Source of the DNA: an uncultured Gammaproteobacteria bacterium
GTDB taxonomy: Bacteria > Patescibacteriota > Patescibacteriia > UBA9934
Direction of reading: 5' to 3'
DNA: 64,000 bases
NCBI GenBank assembly: GCA_964569575.1
Contig: CAZMTL010000002.1
Coordinates: forward strand, 19,618-83,617
The translations under genes were made by a program, and so were the position numbers. This document shows positions 29,826 through 39,510 of this stretch, piece after piece (the stretch's first letter is position 1; each line of letters begins with the position of its first letter). The notes beneath the pieces are model-generated. The model was not told the origin of the DNA and did no database searches. It worked only from the letters and a program-made list of their open reading frames with translations.

Positions 29826-31094
29826 ATGTTCACCTGCACACACTGCGATGCGCAAAGTCTTAAGTGGCAAGGACGATGCACTGAATGCGGAAAATGGGGT
29901 TCGCTTGTGGAGGAAGCAGCAACATCATCAGCAAAAAAACCAACTGTAAAATCAAAACCAGCTTCAGTCATTGATTTTAAAAACGCCACAACAAAAGCTG
30001 TTACTCATGCAAAAACGGGCATCGACGAATTAGATCGAGTTCTTTCGGGCGGAATCGTTTCAGGATCCGTCATCCTTCTCGCCGGTGAACCAGGGATAGG
30101 GAAATCGACCCTCGTCGCTCAACTTGCAGGACTCTTCCCTACCTCAACCTACTACGTTTCCGGGGAAGAATCGGAAGGACAAGTTATGATGCGACTGGAA
30201 CGTCTCAACATTCCAACCACAAAACTTCTCTTCTCAAACGCCATCGAATTAGGCAGCGTAATCGAAACAGCAAAAACCCAAAAACCGGGACTGCTTATTG
30301 TTGACTCCATCCAAACCATGCTACCCGACCAGGTAGAAAACATGCCCGGAACTCCTACCGCCGTCCGCGCTGCAACCTCACAACTTGTCGAATTTGCAAA
30401 ATCAACAAACATCCCAGTTCTCCTAATCGGACAAGTCACAAAAGAAGGAAACGTCGCAGGACCAAAAACACTCGAACACCTTGTCGACACAGTATTAACA
30501 CTCGAAGGCGATCGTCAAACTTCGTACAGAATTCTACGCGCAACCAAACATCGCTTTGGGACAACGGACGAAGTAGGCGTGTTCGAAATGACAGAAAAAG
30601 GAATGATTGCTGTTGAAAATCCTTCTGCGAAATTTCTCGCAGAACGCCAAGCAACTCCTGGATCCGTCATCACCTGCATCATGGAAGGAACGCGACCATT
30701 CTTAGTCGAAATCCAAGCTCTCGCTGAAAAATCAGTCTTCGCAAACCCGATTCGCCGAACTTCAGGCTACGACACAGGTCGCCTTCAAATGCTACTTGCG
30801 ATCATCGGAAAACGTACCGGCGTCAGTGTTAGCGGCCATGACGTCTATGTAAACGTTGTGGGAGGAATGAAGGTAAAAGAAACCGCAACAGATCTAGCCG
30901 TAGCAGCAGCCATCATTTCGTCCGTCAAAGACAAAATGATCACCAAAGATGCCGTCGTGATCGGCGAACTAGGCCTAGGTGGAGAAGTCCGATCGATCCC
31001 CTTCTTAGACAAGCGCCTAAAAGAAGCATCAAGACTAGGACTCAAAGAATCCCTGAATCCAAAAAATACAAAGAATTTAAAAGAACTTATCTAA
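29826..31094 (+). CDS. radA: DNA repair protein RadA (Sms)
   Basis: CxxC-x10-CxxC zinc finger, GEPGIGKST Walker A, KNRFG, Lon-like C-terminal domain; 422 aa. Confidence 0.92.
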   Translation: MFTCTHCDAQSLKWQGRCTECGKWGSLVEEAATSSAKKPTVKSKPASVIDFKNATTKAVTHAKTGIDELDRVLSGGIVSGSVILLAGEPGIGKSTLVAQLAGLFPTSTYYVSGEESEGQVMMRLERLNIPTTKLLFSNAIELGSVIETAKTQKPGLLIVDSIQTMLPDQVENMPGTPTAVRAATSQLVEFAKSTNIPVLLIGQVTKEGNVAGPKTLEHLVDTVLTLEGDRQTSYRILRATKHRFGTTDEVGVFEMTEKGMIAVENPSAKFLAERQATPGSVITCIMEGTRPFLVEIQALAEKSVFANPIRRTSGYDTGRLQMLLAIIGKRTGVSVSGHDVYVNVVGGMKVKETATDLAVAAAIISSVKDKMITKDAVVIGELGLGGEVRSIPFLDKRLKEASRLGLKESLNPKNTKNLKELI

Positions 31095-31106
31095 CTTCCA
31101 CAAAAG

Positions 31107-31139
31107 CAAAAACACACCGCATCAAACGGTGTGTTTTTT
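31107..31139. terminator. Bidirectional terminator between convergent radA and recG
   Basis: aaaaacacaccg-catcaaa-cggtgtgtttttt. Confidence 0.6.
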
Positions 31140-31145
31140 ATAACC

Positions 31146-33221
31146 TTACTCAAAATGCACTTCTTCTACATATTCGAACACGCGTTCTCTCAACATTGGC
31201 CAAGTCTGCAAATCTTCGTCTTCGTCCAAATAATCACGCGCATAATCCTTTGCAAGGAAGATAAGATCACGATCAGCGAACGAACCAAGTTTGAATGTTT
31301 CGAACCCAGACTGTTCTGTTCCGAAAATATTTCCAGGTCCACGCAATTCCAAATCTTTATCTGCAAGCACGAACCCATTTTGCGTAGCAACTACAGCCTT
31401 CAAACGTTTACGTGCCAGCTCTCCCAAATCCCCCGTCGGATGCAAGAAACAATAACTTTGATGATCTCCGCGCCCAACACGACCACGCAATTGGTGAAGC
31501 TGAGCCAATCCAAATCGTTCAGCTCCTTCAATAAACATCACGGTCGCATTACGAACATCCACTCCAACTTCCACAACCGTTGTCGAAACTAACATATCCA
31601 ATTCACCTCGCACAAATCGTTGCATTACTTCATCCTTTTCTTGCTGCTTCAACTTACCGTGAAGCATCCCAATATTATACGCGCGGAATGGACCGTCTTC
31701 AAAATCACGGAACACTTCGTTCACGGAATTCACCCCAAGCGCATCAGATTCTTCGATAATCGGACACACCACAAACACCTGACGACCAGCATCCATTTCT
31801 TCGCGCATTTTTTCGTAATACGGTTCTTCTTTCAATTTTTCTACAATAAACGTCTCAATCTTCTTGCGTCCCGCCGGATACTCGTCGAGCAATGAACGGT
31901 CTAAATCACCATACATCACTAGCGCGAGAGAACGAGGAATCGGCGTTGCCGTCATTGAAAGCAAGTGAGGAATACCATCACCATCCCCTTCCCTGTCCTT
32001 TAACGCCTTACGCTGCTTCACTCCGAAGCGGTGCTGTTCATCGACCACAATTAACCCAAGTCGATTAAACAAAACATGTTCCGAAAGCAAGGCGTGTGTT
32101 CCAATCGCAAGATCAATCTTTCCATTCGCAAGCGCATCAAGCATTTGCTTCTTCGTGACTTCGTTTCCAGAAACTCGTCGCTTTGTACGAGTAAACAATG
32201 CAACGCGCATTTCGTGTCCAAATAATTTTTCCAAATTCGTCGCATGCTGTTCCGCCAAAATTTCGGTCGGAGCAAGAAAAGCCGTCTGCCATCCACCATG
32301 CGAAGCATTTAACGCAGCCAACGCAGCAACAATTGTTTTCCCCGTTCCCACATCTCCTTCAAGCAATCGGTTCATCGGCTGCACACGATCCATGTCCTTA
32401 ATAATCGCCCAGGTCGCTTTTTTCTGCGCAGCTGTCAAAGCAAATGGAAGACGTTTAACCGCATCTTTAATAATATCCTCCTGAAACTTCACCTTAGATG
32501 CTTTCTGCTGCAGTAATTCTCGTCGCGCCTTCGCGTGCAAGATTTGATGCAAGAAAAATTCGTCGAATTTCAAACGAGTCGTCGCGCGTTCCAGATCTTT
32601 CTTTGAAGAAGGAAAATGCATCGAACGAATAGCATCTTGGAGCGAAACAAATCCTTCGCGTTTAATAATTTCTTCCGGAAGCCATTCCGGCAAATCATTC
32701 ATTGCATCAATCGCAGTTTCCGCCAACATACGTCGCATTTTTTGCGTAATGCCACCAGCAAGTGCATACACCGGCAAAATACGCCCCGTGTGCTTAGTCG
32801 TTTTTTGCTTCCCAATCACCTCGTACGTTGGGTTCACAAAAGAAAGACCATACTTATCGTCCACCTTCCCTGAAAGCGAAATAACAACGCCTGGTCGCAA
32901 CACTTTCGTTAAAAATCCTTGGTGAAACCACATCGCCTTCACCTGCCCAGTTCCATCTTCTAAAATAGCTTCAGTAATAATCATCCGTCGATTATTTTTG
33001 CTCTTCCGATTGGTAATCAATGAAACGGTCGCGCGAATAGTCACCTTTTGACCACTCTTCAACTGACTAATCGTAGCACTTTCCGAAAGATCGTCGTGAC
33101 GGAATGGAAAATCAAAAAGGACGTCTTTCAACGTCACAATTTCAAGTCGCGCAAAGTCTTTTGCCTTTGCAACACCAATCCCTTTTATATAACGAACCTC
33201 TTGGTTGAGCTTCTCAGACAT
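31146..33221 (-). CDS. recG: ATP-dependent DNA helicase RecG
   Basis: 691 aa; wedge/OB N-terminal domain, GDVGTGKT Walker A, DEQHRFG helicase motif II. Confidence 0.92.
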   Translation of the reverse strand: MSEKLNQEVRYIKGIGVAKAKDFARLEIVTLKDVLFDFPFRHDDLSESATISQLKSGQKVTIRATVSLITNRKSKNNRRMIITEAILEDGTGQVKAMWFHQGFLTKVLRPGVVISLSGKVDDKYGLSFVNPTYEVIGKQKTTKHTGRILPVYALAGGITQKMRRMLAETAIDAMNDLPEWLPEEIIKREGFVSLQDAIRSMHFPSSKKDLERATTRLKFDEFFLHQILHAKARRELLQQKASKVKFQEDIIKDAVKRLPFALTAAQKKATWAIIKDMDRVQPMNRLLEGDVGTGKTIVAALAALNASHGGWQTAFLAPTEILAEQHATNLEKLFGHEMRVALFTRTKRRVSGNEVTKKQMLDALANGKIDLAIGTHALLSEHVLFNRLGLIVVDEQHRFGVKQRKALKDREGDGDGIPHLLSMTATPIPRSLALVMYGDLDRSLLDEYPAGRKKIETFIVEKLKEEPYYEKMREEMDAGRQVFVVCPIIEESDALGVNSVNEVFRDFEDGPFRAYNIGMLHGKLKQQEKDEVMQRFVRGELDMLVSTTVVEVGVDVRNATVMFIEGAERFGLAQLHQLRGRVGRGDHQSYCFLHPTGDLGELARKRLKAVVATQNGFVLADKDLELRGPGNIFGTEQSGFETFKLGSFADRDLIFLAKDYARDYLDEDEDLQTWPMLRERVFEYVEEVHFE

Positions 33222-33344
33222 CTCGCAATACTAACAGATTGGAGCAAAAAAGCAAGCCCTCGCACATTTGTAAAATCAAAAACCCGCCGATGTTTTCGAC
33301 AGGTTTTTGTGATTTTAAAAATACTCGTAAAAGCATTTTCAACA

Positions 33345-33421
33345 TGGTGCACCCGGCACGACTTGAACGTACGACCCTCAGCTCCGCAAGCTGATGCTCT
33401 ATCCAACTGAGCTACGGGTGC
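33345..33421 (-). tRNA. tRNA-Arg, anticodon GCG (CCA encoded)
   Basis: Hand-folded: GCACCCG/CGGGTGC acceptor; D-arm GCTC-AGTTGGATA-GAGC (A20); anticodon stem TCAGC/GCTGA; loop TTGCGGA; T-arm GTACG-TTCAAGT-CGTGC; A73; CCA. Confidence 0.75.
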
Positions 33422-33554
33422 AAAATATGAAAGAACTCCAACCGACGTACATCTTAACGGACATATGTCATCCGATCAAGTCCCACTAACCAGTACAGCG
33501 AAACGGGTGACGGGAATCGTGAGCAAAAAAAGAGGCCAACTTCAAACGTTTCGC

Positions 33555-34082
33555 TTAGAGTTTATACAGTCTTCGCATCATGTCCGTCAAGCTCTCTTCG
33601 CTACGTTCAATGTTCTCGATACAGTACGGCAACAACGCCTCTCGAACAAGAATCGGGTCAGCGTCTTCAAGCGGAATCGTCAGCATTGGCAACCAACCTT
33701 TTTGAAAAGAAACGTACAGCCATTTAATCTCGGGAGGGGCATAAATGACCGAAAAATCCTTCACTTCCTCGAACGAATAAAATTTATCATCAACCACAAT
33801 CCCTAAATCGGTAATATGCACCTGAATACGCGCTGGTTTTCGCAAATCGAGTGCCAGAAAAATCACCGCAATCATCAACACAATAATGGCAAACATAAAG
33901 TTCGCCGTCCACAAAGAATACACAATTAAAAGCGCCGTAATAATCCCTGCAACAATATACCAACGCTTCGAACGCAGATGCGGTAAAAATTCCCAAGTCT
34001 CCCAAGAATACGCCGCCAAACCAGCATCCATCACTTCTTCCTGTGGAGAATTATTTCCCTGATTTTGGTCATTTTTTTCCAT
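33555..34082 (-). CDS. Hypothetical membrane protein (2 TM)
   Basis: Start placed at MEKNDQNQ ATG (34082); the longer track ORF would run through the tRNA-Ser gene. No recognisable motifs. Confidence 0.45.
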   Translation of the reverse strand: MEKNDQNQGNNSPQEEVMDAGLAAYSWETWEFLPHLRSKRWYIVAGIITALLIVYSLWTANFMFAIIVLMIAVIFLALDLRKPARIQVHITDLGIVVDDKFYSFEEVKDFSVIYAPPEIKWLYVSFQKGWLPMLTIPLEDADPILVREALLPYCIENIERSEESLTDMMRRLYKL

Positions 34083-34156
34083 ACTTCTTCCAGTATACCA
34101 AACAACTCTTGATTCCAGGAACAATTTCGGGTACTCTATGCACACCTCAATACTGA

Positions 34157-34246
<90 letters not shown>

Positions 34247-34372
34247 AAAACATCCAACGCAAGTTGGATGTTTTTGTTTTTAGAAGAGAACAAGTCCTTG
34301 CACTACGATTTTCGCGCAAAACAAAAAAACGACCACTCAAGGTCGTTTTTTTGTGTTTACAATCACGTGAAG

Positions 34373-34846
34373 TTATTCGCAATCTTCTTCGTTAATCACC
34401 ACAAGGTAACTCTCGTCACTATCAGCGACGGCGTACGAATACTTCAACTCGATACCAGCATCAAACAACACAGGTGCGTCTGGATTTGCGCACACAGTTG
34501 GAAGAAGGAATTCTTTCAAGAACTCGTTCGAAAACCCTGTTCGATCAAGATCAGCGGCGATTTCGTATTCGTATCGAACCGCATCACCTTCCGCAACCAA
34601 ATCAACAAGCGTCGTAGAAGAATCAACGGCCATTGGCAAATCAAGATTTTCCTTCGCCTCCGAAACGAAACTCTGGATCATTTCATCCTGAACCTTTCCC
34701 GAATTTCCACCAGCAAGCACAGCTACAACCGCCACAATAACAGCAAGAACCAACAAACCTCCCACAACAGCAGCACCCATCATCGACGATTTCTTTTGAT
34801 TAGGCATCTGCTGACCCGGAACCGACTGTGTATTCATATCACTCAT
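34373..34846 (-). CDS. Hypothetical membrane-anchored protein
   Basis: Start at MSDMNTQ; single TM (AAVVGGLLVLAVIVAVVAVLAG) then acidic soluble domain; no assignable motif. Confidence 0.45.
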   Translation of the reverse strand: MSDMNTQSVPGQQMPNQKKSSMMGAAVVGGLLVLAVIVAVVAVLAGGNSGKVQDEMIQSFVSEAKENLDLPMAVDSSTTLVDLVAEGDAVRYEYEIAADLDRTGFSNEFLKEFLLPTVCANPDAPVLFDAGIELKYSYAVADSDESYLVVINEEDCE

Positions 34847-34952
34847 ATTCGAAAGGTAATAATTTATATTGAAGAAGTATACCAAGAAAAGACTATAAAA
34901 TAAAAGCTCTTACAAGAAAAGAAAAAGCCTCACCGAAGTGAGACGTTTTCCA

Positions 34953-35042
34953 TGGCGGAGAGGAGAGGATTCGAACCTCCGAGGGATTTGACTCCCTGCC
35001 ACGTTAGCAATGTGGTGCCTTCGGCCACTCGGCCACCTCTCC
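34953..35042 (-). tRNA. tRNA-Ser, anticodon GCT (long variable arm; CCA encoded)
   Basis: Reverse complement GGAGAGGTGGCCGAGTGGCCGAAGGCACCACATTGCTAACGTGG...GGAGGTTCGAATCCTCTCCTCTCCGCCA; loop TTGCTAA. Confidence 0.75.
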
Positions 35043-35098
35043 AGATAAGAACTCGAGGGTAGTTTAGTAAAAATCACGCCGACTGTCTAGTGCAGAAA

Positions 35099-36436
35099 CT
35101 AGGCGACATCCTGCTCAACAGCTGGTGCAAGCAGCCTGTACGAACGTGAATTTCGAGCCAAAATAGTCACAAACAATCCAATAATTCCGGCACAAATAAA
35201 CACAAGTGCAATTCCACGATCCATTCCGACTCCAAACCAATCTCCGATCAATCCAACTCCGGCCCCAGTAGTCATAAACGGAATGAACACTGTTTGCGCG
35301 ATCGGACCAATCAAAAATGCAGTAAACGGAGTCGCTGCCGATTCAACACTTTGCGCAAACCCAAACACACGCCCTTGCCGTTCATACGGCACCACTTTCT
35401 GCAAAATAGTCTGTTCCGAAGCCTCCATAAACGGTACAAGCAACATCCAGAAAAATAGCCCAATAATCAACAGCACAATCGACGCCTGAATAGTAAAGAA
35501 AATACACACGGTCCACGTGATCATATTAATTGCAAACAGTGTTCGTAAAGGATTTCGACCAAGTCCAAATTTTGCAATCAACAATCCGCCAGCAATAAAG
35601 GCAAAACTTAAACACCCAAAAATCAATCCCCACGCCTGAACAGACACGAGCGATAACCCATAAGCGTCCATCAGCGCCATAAACACACCGCCTAGAAAAT
35701 TGTTGAACGTGGTAAAGAAAATAAGTGCAAACAATCCCGGAACAGCAGAAATAATCGCGACCGTTCGACCAAAATCCATTCGCTTTACCGGCTCATCTCC
35801 CTTTCGCCAAACCGCTTTTTTCTCAGGAATAACAACAAACATTAAGTGTGCCAATACCGCCATAGTAATCACACAGGCGATCAACATCGCAAACCACATA
35901 TTCAAAAACCCGATGACCAATCCGCTAAATACCGAAGTAATCGCAAACGCCGCCCCATTCACGGCCCCAACCATTCCATTCGCCTTCGCTCGCTCACCTT
36001 CCGGAAACAGCAAGGTAACCGTCGTAGAAAGCGCGATAGTTCGCAAATTTCCAACAACCACGCCAACAAGCAACACAACAATCAATAGCCAAAGCATTGG
36101 TGAAGAAACGGTCGCAAACACCTCACCAGGAAAAGCTTGAAGCAAAAAAAGCCCAGCTGTAAACGAAACTAAAGAAAAAGCACTCGAAAACATCATCACG
36201 TTTTTCTTCAAATTATGATCAACGATCGCTCCAAAAAACACAGCCGAAAAAGCATTTGCAACGGCAAAAGTACCGGCAAGCAATGATGTCGCAAGCACCG
36301 ATTGAGTTTCGAGAAAGACCCAAAACGTCAACGCAAACCAAACAAAGGTATTGGTAACCGATGCAAACAAGGTATTAAATAAAAGCCCATAAAAAGATTT
36401 CCAAGCCTTTTTCTGGGAAATAGTTTGTTTTTTCAT
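35099..36436 (-). CDS. Major facilitator superfamily transporter
   Basis: About 445 aa, 12 predicted TM helices in two 6-TM halves; start at MKKQTISQ. Confidence 0.6.
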   Translation of the reverse strand: MKKQTISQKKAWKSFYGLLFNTLFASVTNTFVWFALTFWVFLETQSVLATSLLAGTFAVANAFSAVFFGAIVDHNLKKNVMMFSSAFSLVSFTAGLFLLQAFPGEVFATVSSPMLWLLIVVLLVGVVVGNLRTIALSTTVTLLFPEGERAKANGMVGAVNGAAFAITSVFSGLVIGFLNMWFAMLIACVITMAVLAHLMFVVIPEKKAVWRKGDEPVKRMDFGRTVAIISAVPGLFALIFFTTFNNFLGGVFMALMDAYGLSLVSVQAWGLIFGCLSFAFIAGGLLIAKFGLGRNPLRTLFAINMITWTVCIFFTIQASIVLLIIGLFFWMLLVPFMEASEQTILQKVVPYERQGRVFGFAQSVESAATPFTAFLIGPIAQTVFIPFMTTGAGVGLIGDWFGVGMDRGIALVFICAGIIGLFVTILARNSRSYRLLAPAVEQDVA

Positions 36437-36580
36437 AATGCAAATCAGCCGGGATAATAGCACGAAAACGAAATAAAATCCAGTCCAACAACATGGGTTT
36501 CGTTTTCAAAAAAAATACACTACAATACCGACAAATATATGATTTTTCACACCATCAACCGTAAACTGCAATCGATCACC

Positions 36581-38056
36581 ATGTACAACGTGGTCTTGTA
36601 CACGCTATTCGTCATCACCCTCGCGAGCTTCTGCGCAAGCGCGCTCGGGCTGATCACCTACTCCCCACTCGATCTACTCCTGTCGTTTATCTCAATAAAC
36701 GTAGCAGCCATTACCGCACACCTTATCTTTCAATGGATGTTCCGCGCACCCGCGCACCTTCCCTCCACAGGCGTCACAGCCCTACTACTCTTTCTTATCC
36801 TCTACCCATCCACAGACCAAGCAATTCTGGCAGGTAACGCGATCGCAACCATCGTGGCCATCGCCTCAAAATACTTGCTCGCCTTCCGAAAACAACACTT
36901 CTTCAACCCAGCGGCATTCGGCGCAGCATTTGCTGGAATAAGCGGATTAAGCTTTGCGCTTTGGTGGATAGGAAATCCCTACCTACTAGCGATCGTGGCA
37001 CCAATGGCATTACTGGTTGTAGCAAAAATGCGCCGATTTGGAGTGTTCGCCGCCGTCCTGATTTCGAGCACCCTGACCGTCATCGCGCTCGCTCTTGCAA
37101 AAGACGCTCCCGTTGTTGATCAAATTCGCCAACACTTCCTATCGTGGCCAATCGTCTTCTTTGCCGCGTTTATGATCACCGAACCATACACCGCTCCCGT
37201 GCGAAAATGGCAGCAATACGTATTCGCCCTATTCATTGGAATCATCTCAAGCTGGCCAATTCACGCAGGTAGCATTTACTCGACTCCAGAATTAACACTC
37301 CTAATCGCCAACTTCTTCGCCTTTTTTACAGGAATGAAACAGCGGCTTCTCTTGAAGCTGGAAGAAAAACGCACAATCGCAAAAGACACCGTAGAATTTA
37401 TTTTCTCTACCGCAAAAAAACCATGGTTCTTGGCCGGTCAGTATCTTGAATGGACTCTTCCACACGCATCGGAAGACAACCGAGGAATACGCCGATACTT
37501 CACCATCGCATCCGCCCCAACCGAAGACAGCATTCGCCTTGGAATAAAATTCAACACACCTTCTAGTTCATTCAAAACACACCTCGCTAAAATGAAGGTA
37601 GGTGAAACGATCACAGCGTCACAGCTGGGCGGTAATTTCGTTCTTCCAAAATCAACAAGCACTCCACTCGTATTCGTCGCCGGAGGAATCGGTGTTACGC
37701 CATTCCGTAGCATGCTGCAGTACGCCATGGATCAAAAGAGCGATCAACCAATCACCCTCTTCTACTGCAACAAAACAGCCGCAGACATCGCCTACAAAGA
37801 ATTCCTCGCGTCAGCAACCGAAGCGCTCAACCTAACACCGGTGCACGTTCTTTCTGACGACGCTACAAACAGTGAAGCAACCGAGCATGGATTCATCAAC
37901 AAAACGATGGTCGAAAAGTATGTTAAAAATCATCAAGACGCCATTTACTACCTATCTGGACCAAGCGGCATGGTGGACGCCTACAAAAAAATGCTCACCG
38001 AAATGGGAATAAAACGAAGCAAAATCAAAACCGACTACTTCCCTGGCTTCGCTTAA
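36581..38056 (+). CDS. Fusion oxidoreductase: RnfD/NqrB-like polytopic membrane domain (FNPAAFG motif) + C-terminal FNR-like FAD/NAD(P)-binding domain
   Basis: N-terminal about 270 aa, 6-7 TM, with FFNPAAFGAAF (RnfD/NqrB hallmark). C-terminal RRYFTIASAP (RxY[ST] FAD motif) and VFVAGGIGVTPFRSML (NAD(P) motif). Confidence 0.55.
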   Translation: MYNVVLYTLFVITLASFCASALGLITYSPLDLLLSFISINVAAITAHLIFQWMFRAPAHLPSTGVTALLLFLILYPSTDQAILAGNAIATIVAIASKYLLAFRKQHFFNPAAFGAAFAGISGLSFALWWIGNPYLLAIVAPMALLVVAKMRRFGVFAAVLISSTLTVIALALAKDAPVVDQIRQHFLSWPIVFFAAFMITEPYTAPVRKWQQYVFALFIGIISSWPIHAGSIYSTPELTLLIANFFAFFTGMKQRLLLKLEEKRTIAKDTVEFIFSTAKKPWFLAGQYLEWTLPHASEDNRGIRRYFTIASAPTEDSIRLGIKFNTPSSSFKTHLAKMKVGETITASQLGGNFVLPKSTSTPLVFVAGGIGVTPFRSMLQYAMDQKSDQPITLFYCNKTAADIAYKEFLASATEALNLTPVHVLSDDATNSEATEHGFINKTMVEKYVKNHQDAIYYLSGPSGMVDAYKKMLTEMGIKRSKIKTDYFPGFA

Positions 38057-38057
38057 T

Positions 38058-38918
38058 ATGAATCTATTCCTCTCGTTCGATTCCATGGGCAGCACTTGGA
38101 ACATCTACACCAACCAAACACAGGAGGAAGAACTTAAAAAATTAATCACTACCCAAGCATCCGAATTCGATGCTCAATTTTCTCGCTTCAAAAAAACCTC
38201 CCTCATCCAAAAAATAAGTAAGCAGGCAGGAATCTACAATGTACCGACAGACCTGATTGAAATGTTGAAGATCTATAAACAACTCTACACCCCAAGCAAC
38301 AAAACCTTCACACCACTTATCGGAAAAACGCTCGAAGACATCGGCTACGACGAACACTACAGTCTAAAAGAACAACAAACGCTCACACAAACTCCAGATC
38401 TAGACACAGTGCTTCAGATACAAAACAGCACCACAATCAAACTCACACAACCAGTTCTGATCGATATCGGAGGCATCGGGAAAGGATATTTTGTCGATAA
38501 AATTGCTTCAATCCTCGCAAGCCACAACATTACAGAATATCTCATCGACGGCAGCGGCGACATTCTTCACAAAGGCGCAAAGGCGATCCAAACCGCCCTC
38601 GAAGACCCAAACAACACAACAAAAGCGATCGGCATCGCCACATTCCAAAACGGATCCATGTGCGCATCTGCAACCAATCGTCGTACTTGGAAAAAATGGC
38701 ATCACATTGTAAACCCACACACAAACACAAGCGATAACACCATCATTGCGACATGGGTCTACGCACAAAGCACCGCGCTCGCCGACGCGCTCGCAACCGC
38801 CTTATTCCTTGCGCCACCAGAAGCATTCCACGAACAACAGTTCGAATACCTCATCATGAACAATGCACGCAAAATAAAAAAGTCCGCAGGTTTCCCCGCG
38901 GAACTCTTTTTGAAATAA
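38058..38918 (+). CDS. apbE: FAD:protein FMN transferase (ApbE family)
   Basis: 286 aa; ...VLIDIGGIGKGYFVDK... ApbE signature; 2 nt after upstream stop. Confidence 0.8.
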   Translation: MNLFLSFDSMGSTWNIYTNQTQEEELKKLITTQASEFDAQFSRFKKTSLIQKISKQAGIYNVPTDLIEMLKIYKQLYTPSNKTFTPLIGKTLEDIGYDEHYSLKEQQTLTQTPDLDTVLQIQNSTTIKLTQPVLIDIGGIGKGYFVDKIASILASHNITEYLIDGSGDILHKGAKAIQTALEDPNNTTKAIGIATFQNGSMCASATNRRTWKKWHHIVNPHTNTSDNTIIATWVYAQSTALADALATALFLAPPEAFHEQQFEYLIMNNARKIKKSAGFPAELFLK

Positions 38919-38919
38919 C

Positions 38920-39438
38920 TTACGCAGCTGCTTCTTCTCGAATCTGCTCAACAGCGTCCATGAATCCTTTTGGAGTAAGTGATGAACCGTTTACAACACC
39001 CAAGGAAAGCTCATCAAGCGACTTGCCTACCACTTCCGACTCAAATCCTTCTGCAAACATTCCTTGCAACAACACACTTGTCGGATTAGAAGCCTTTCCA
39101 TCAAATTCTGCTGCAACAATCACATCATTTTCTACCGTCAACACAACTTCGACCTCTTCCTGACCAGCAGGTGAAGTGTACGCCCCTGTCGCTGTGTATT
39201 CCCCATCTACATACATTCCCATATCTTCCGCGTCATCTTGCGCCGAATCATCTTCATCCATCATTTCATCTCCGTTCGCTCCCTCTACCTGTTCCATTTC
39301 TTCGGTATTTGTCGAATCTTCAACAGGTGTACGCATCGATTCATTCGTAGCAATCCACACAATAAGAGCAATAACGACACCTAGAGCCAGAACTCCGCCG
39401 ATAATTCGTGCGGGAGAAGTAGTTGTTTCTTGTGACAT
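38920..39438 (-). CDS. Membrane-anchored FMN-binding-domain protein (candidate ApbE flavinylation substrate)
   Basis: N-terminal TM, acidic linker, then YVDGEYTATGAYTSPAG...EVVLTVENDVIVAAEF...LGVVNGSSLTPKGFMDAV, which aligns to FMN_bind consensus (...VDavSGATvTS...) with Ser/Leu at the usual SGAT position. Confidence 0.55.
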   Translation of the reverse strand: MSQETTTSPARIIGGVLALGVVIALIVWIATNESMRTPVEDSTNTEEMEQVEGANGDEMMDEDDSAQDDAEDMGMYVDGEYTATGAYTSPAGQEEVEVVLTVENDVIVAAEFDGKASNPTSVLLQGMFAEGFESEVVGKSLDELSLGVVNGSSLTPKGFMDAVEQIREEAAA

Positions 39439-39510
39439 AGTAGTTCGATAATAGTAACGCCGCCTATTTTAGTAAAATTTAGCAGGAAGAACAATCAAAG
39501 TTCTCCACAG

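Noticed and set aside
33345-33421. Alternative identity tRNA-Ala (TGC) for the first tRNA
   Set aside because: Shifting the anticodon register by one breaks the 5-bp anticodon stem. Pair 3:70 is A-T rather than the G-U Ala identity element. A20 fits Arg.
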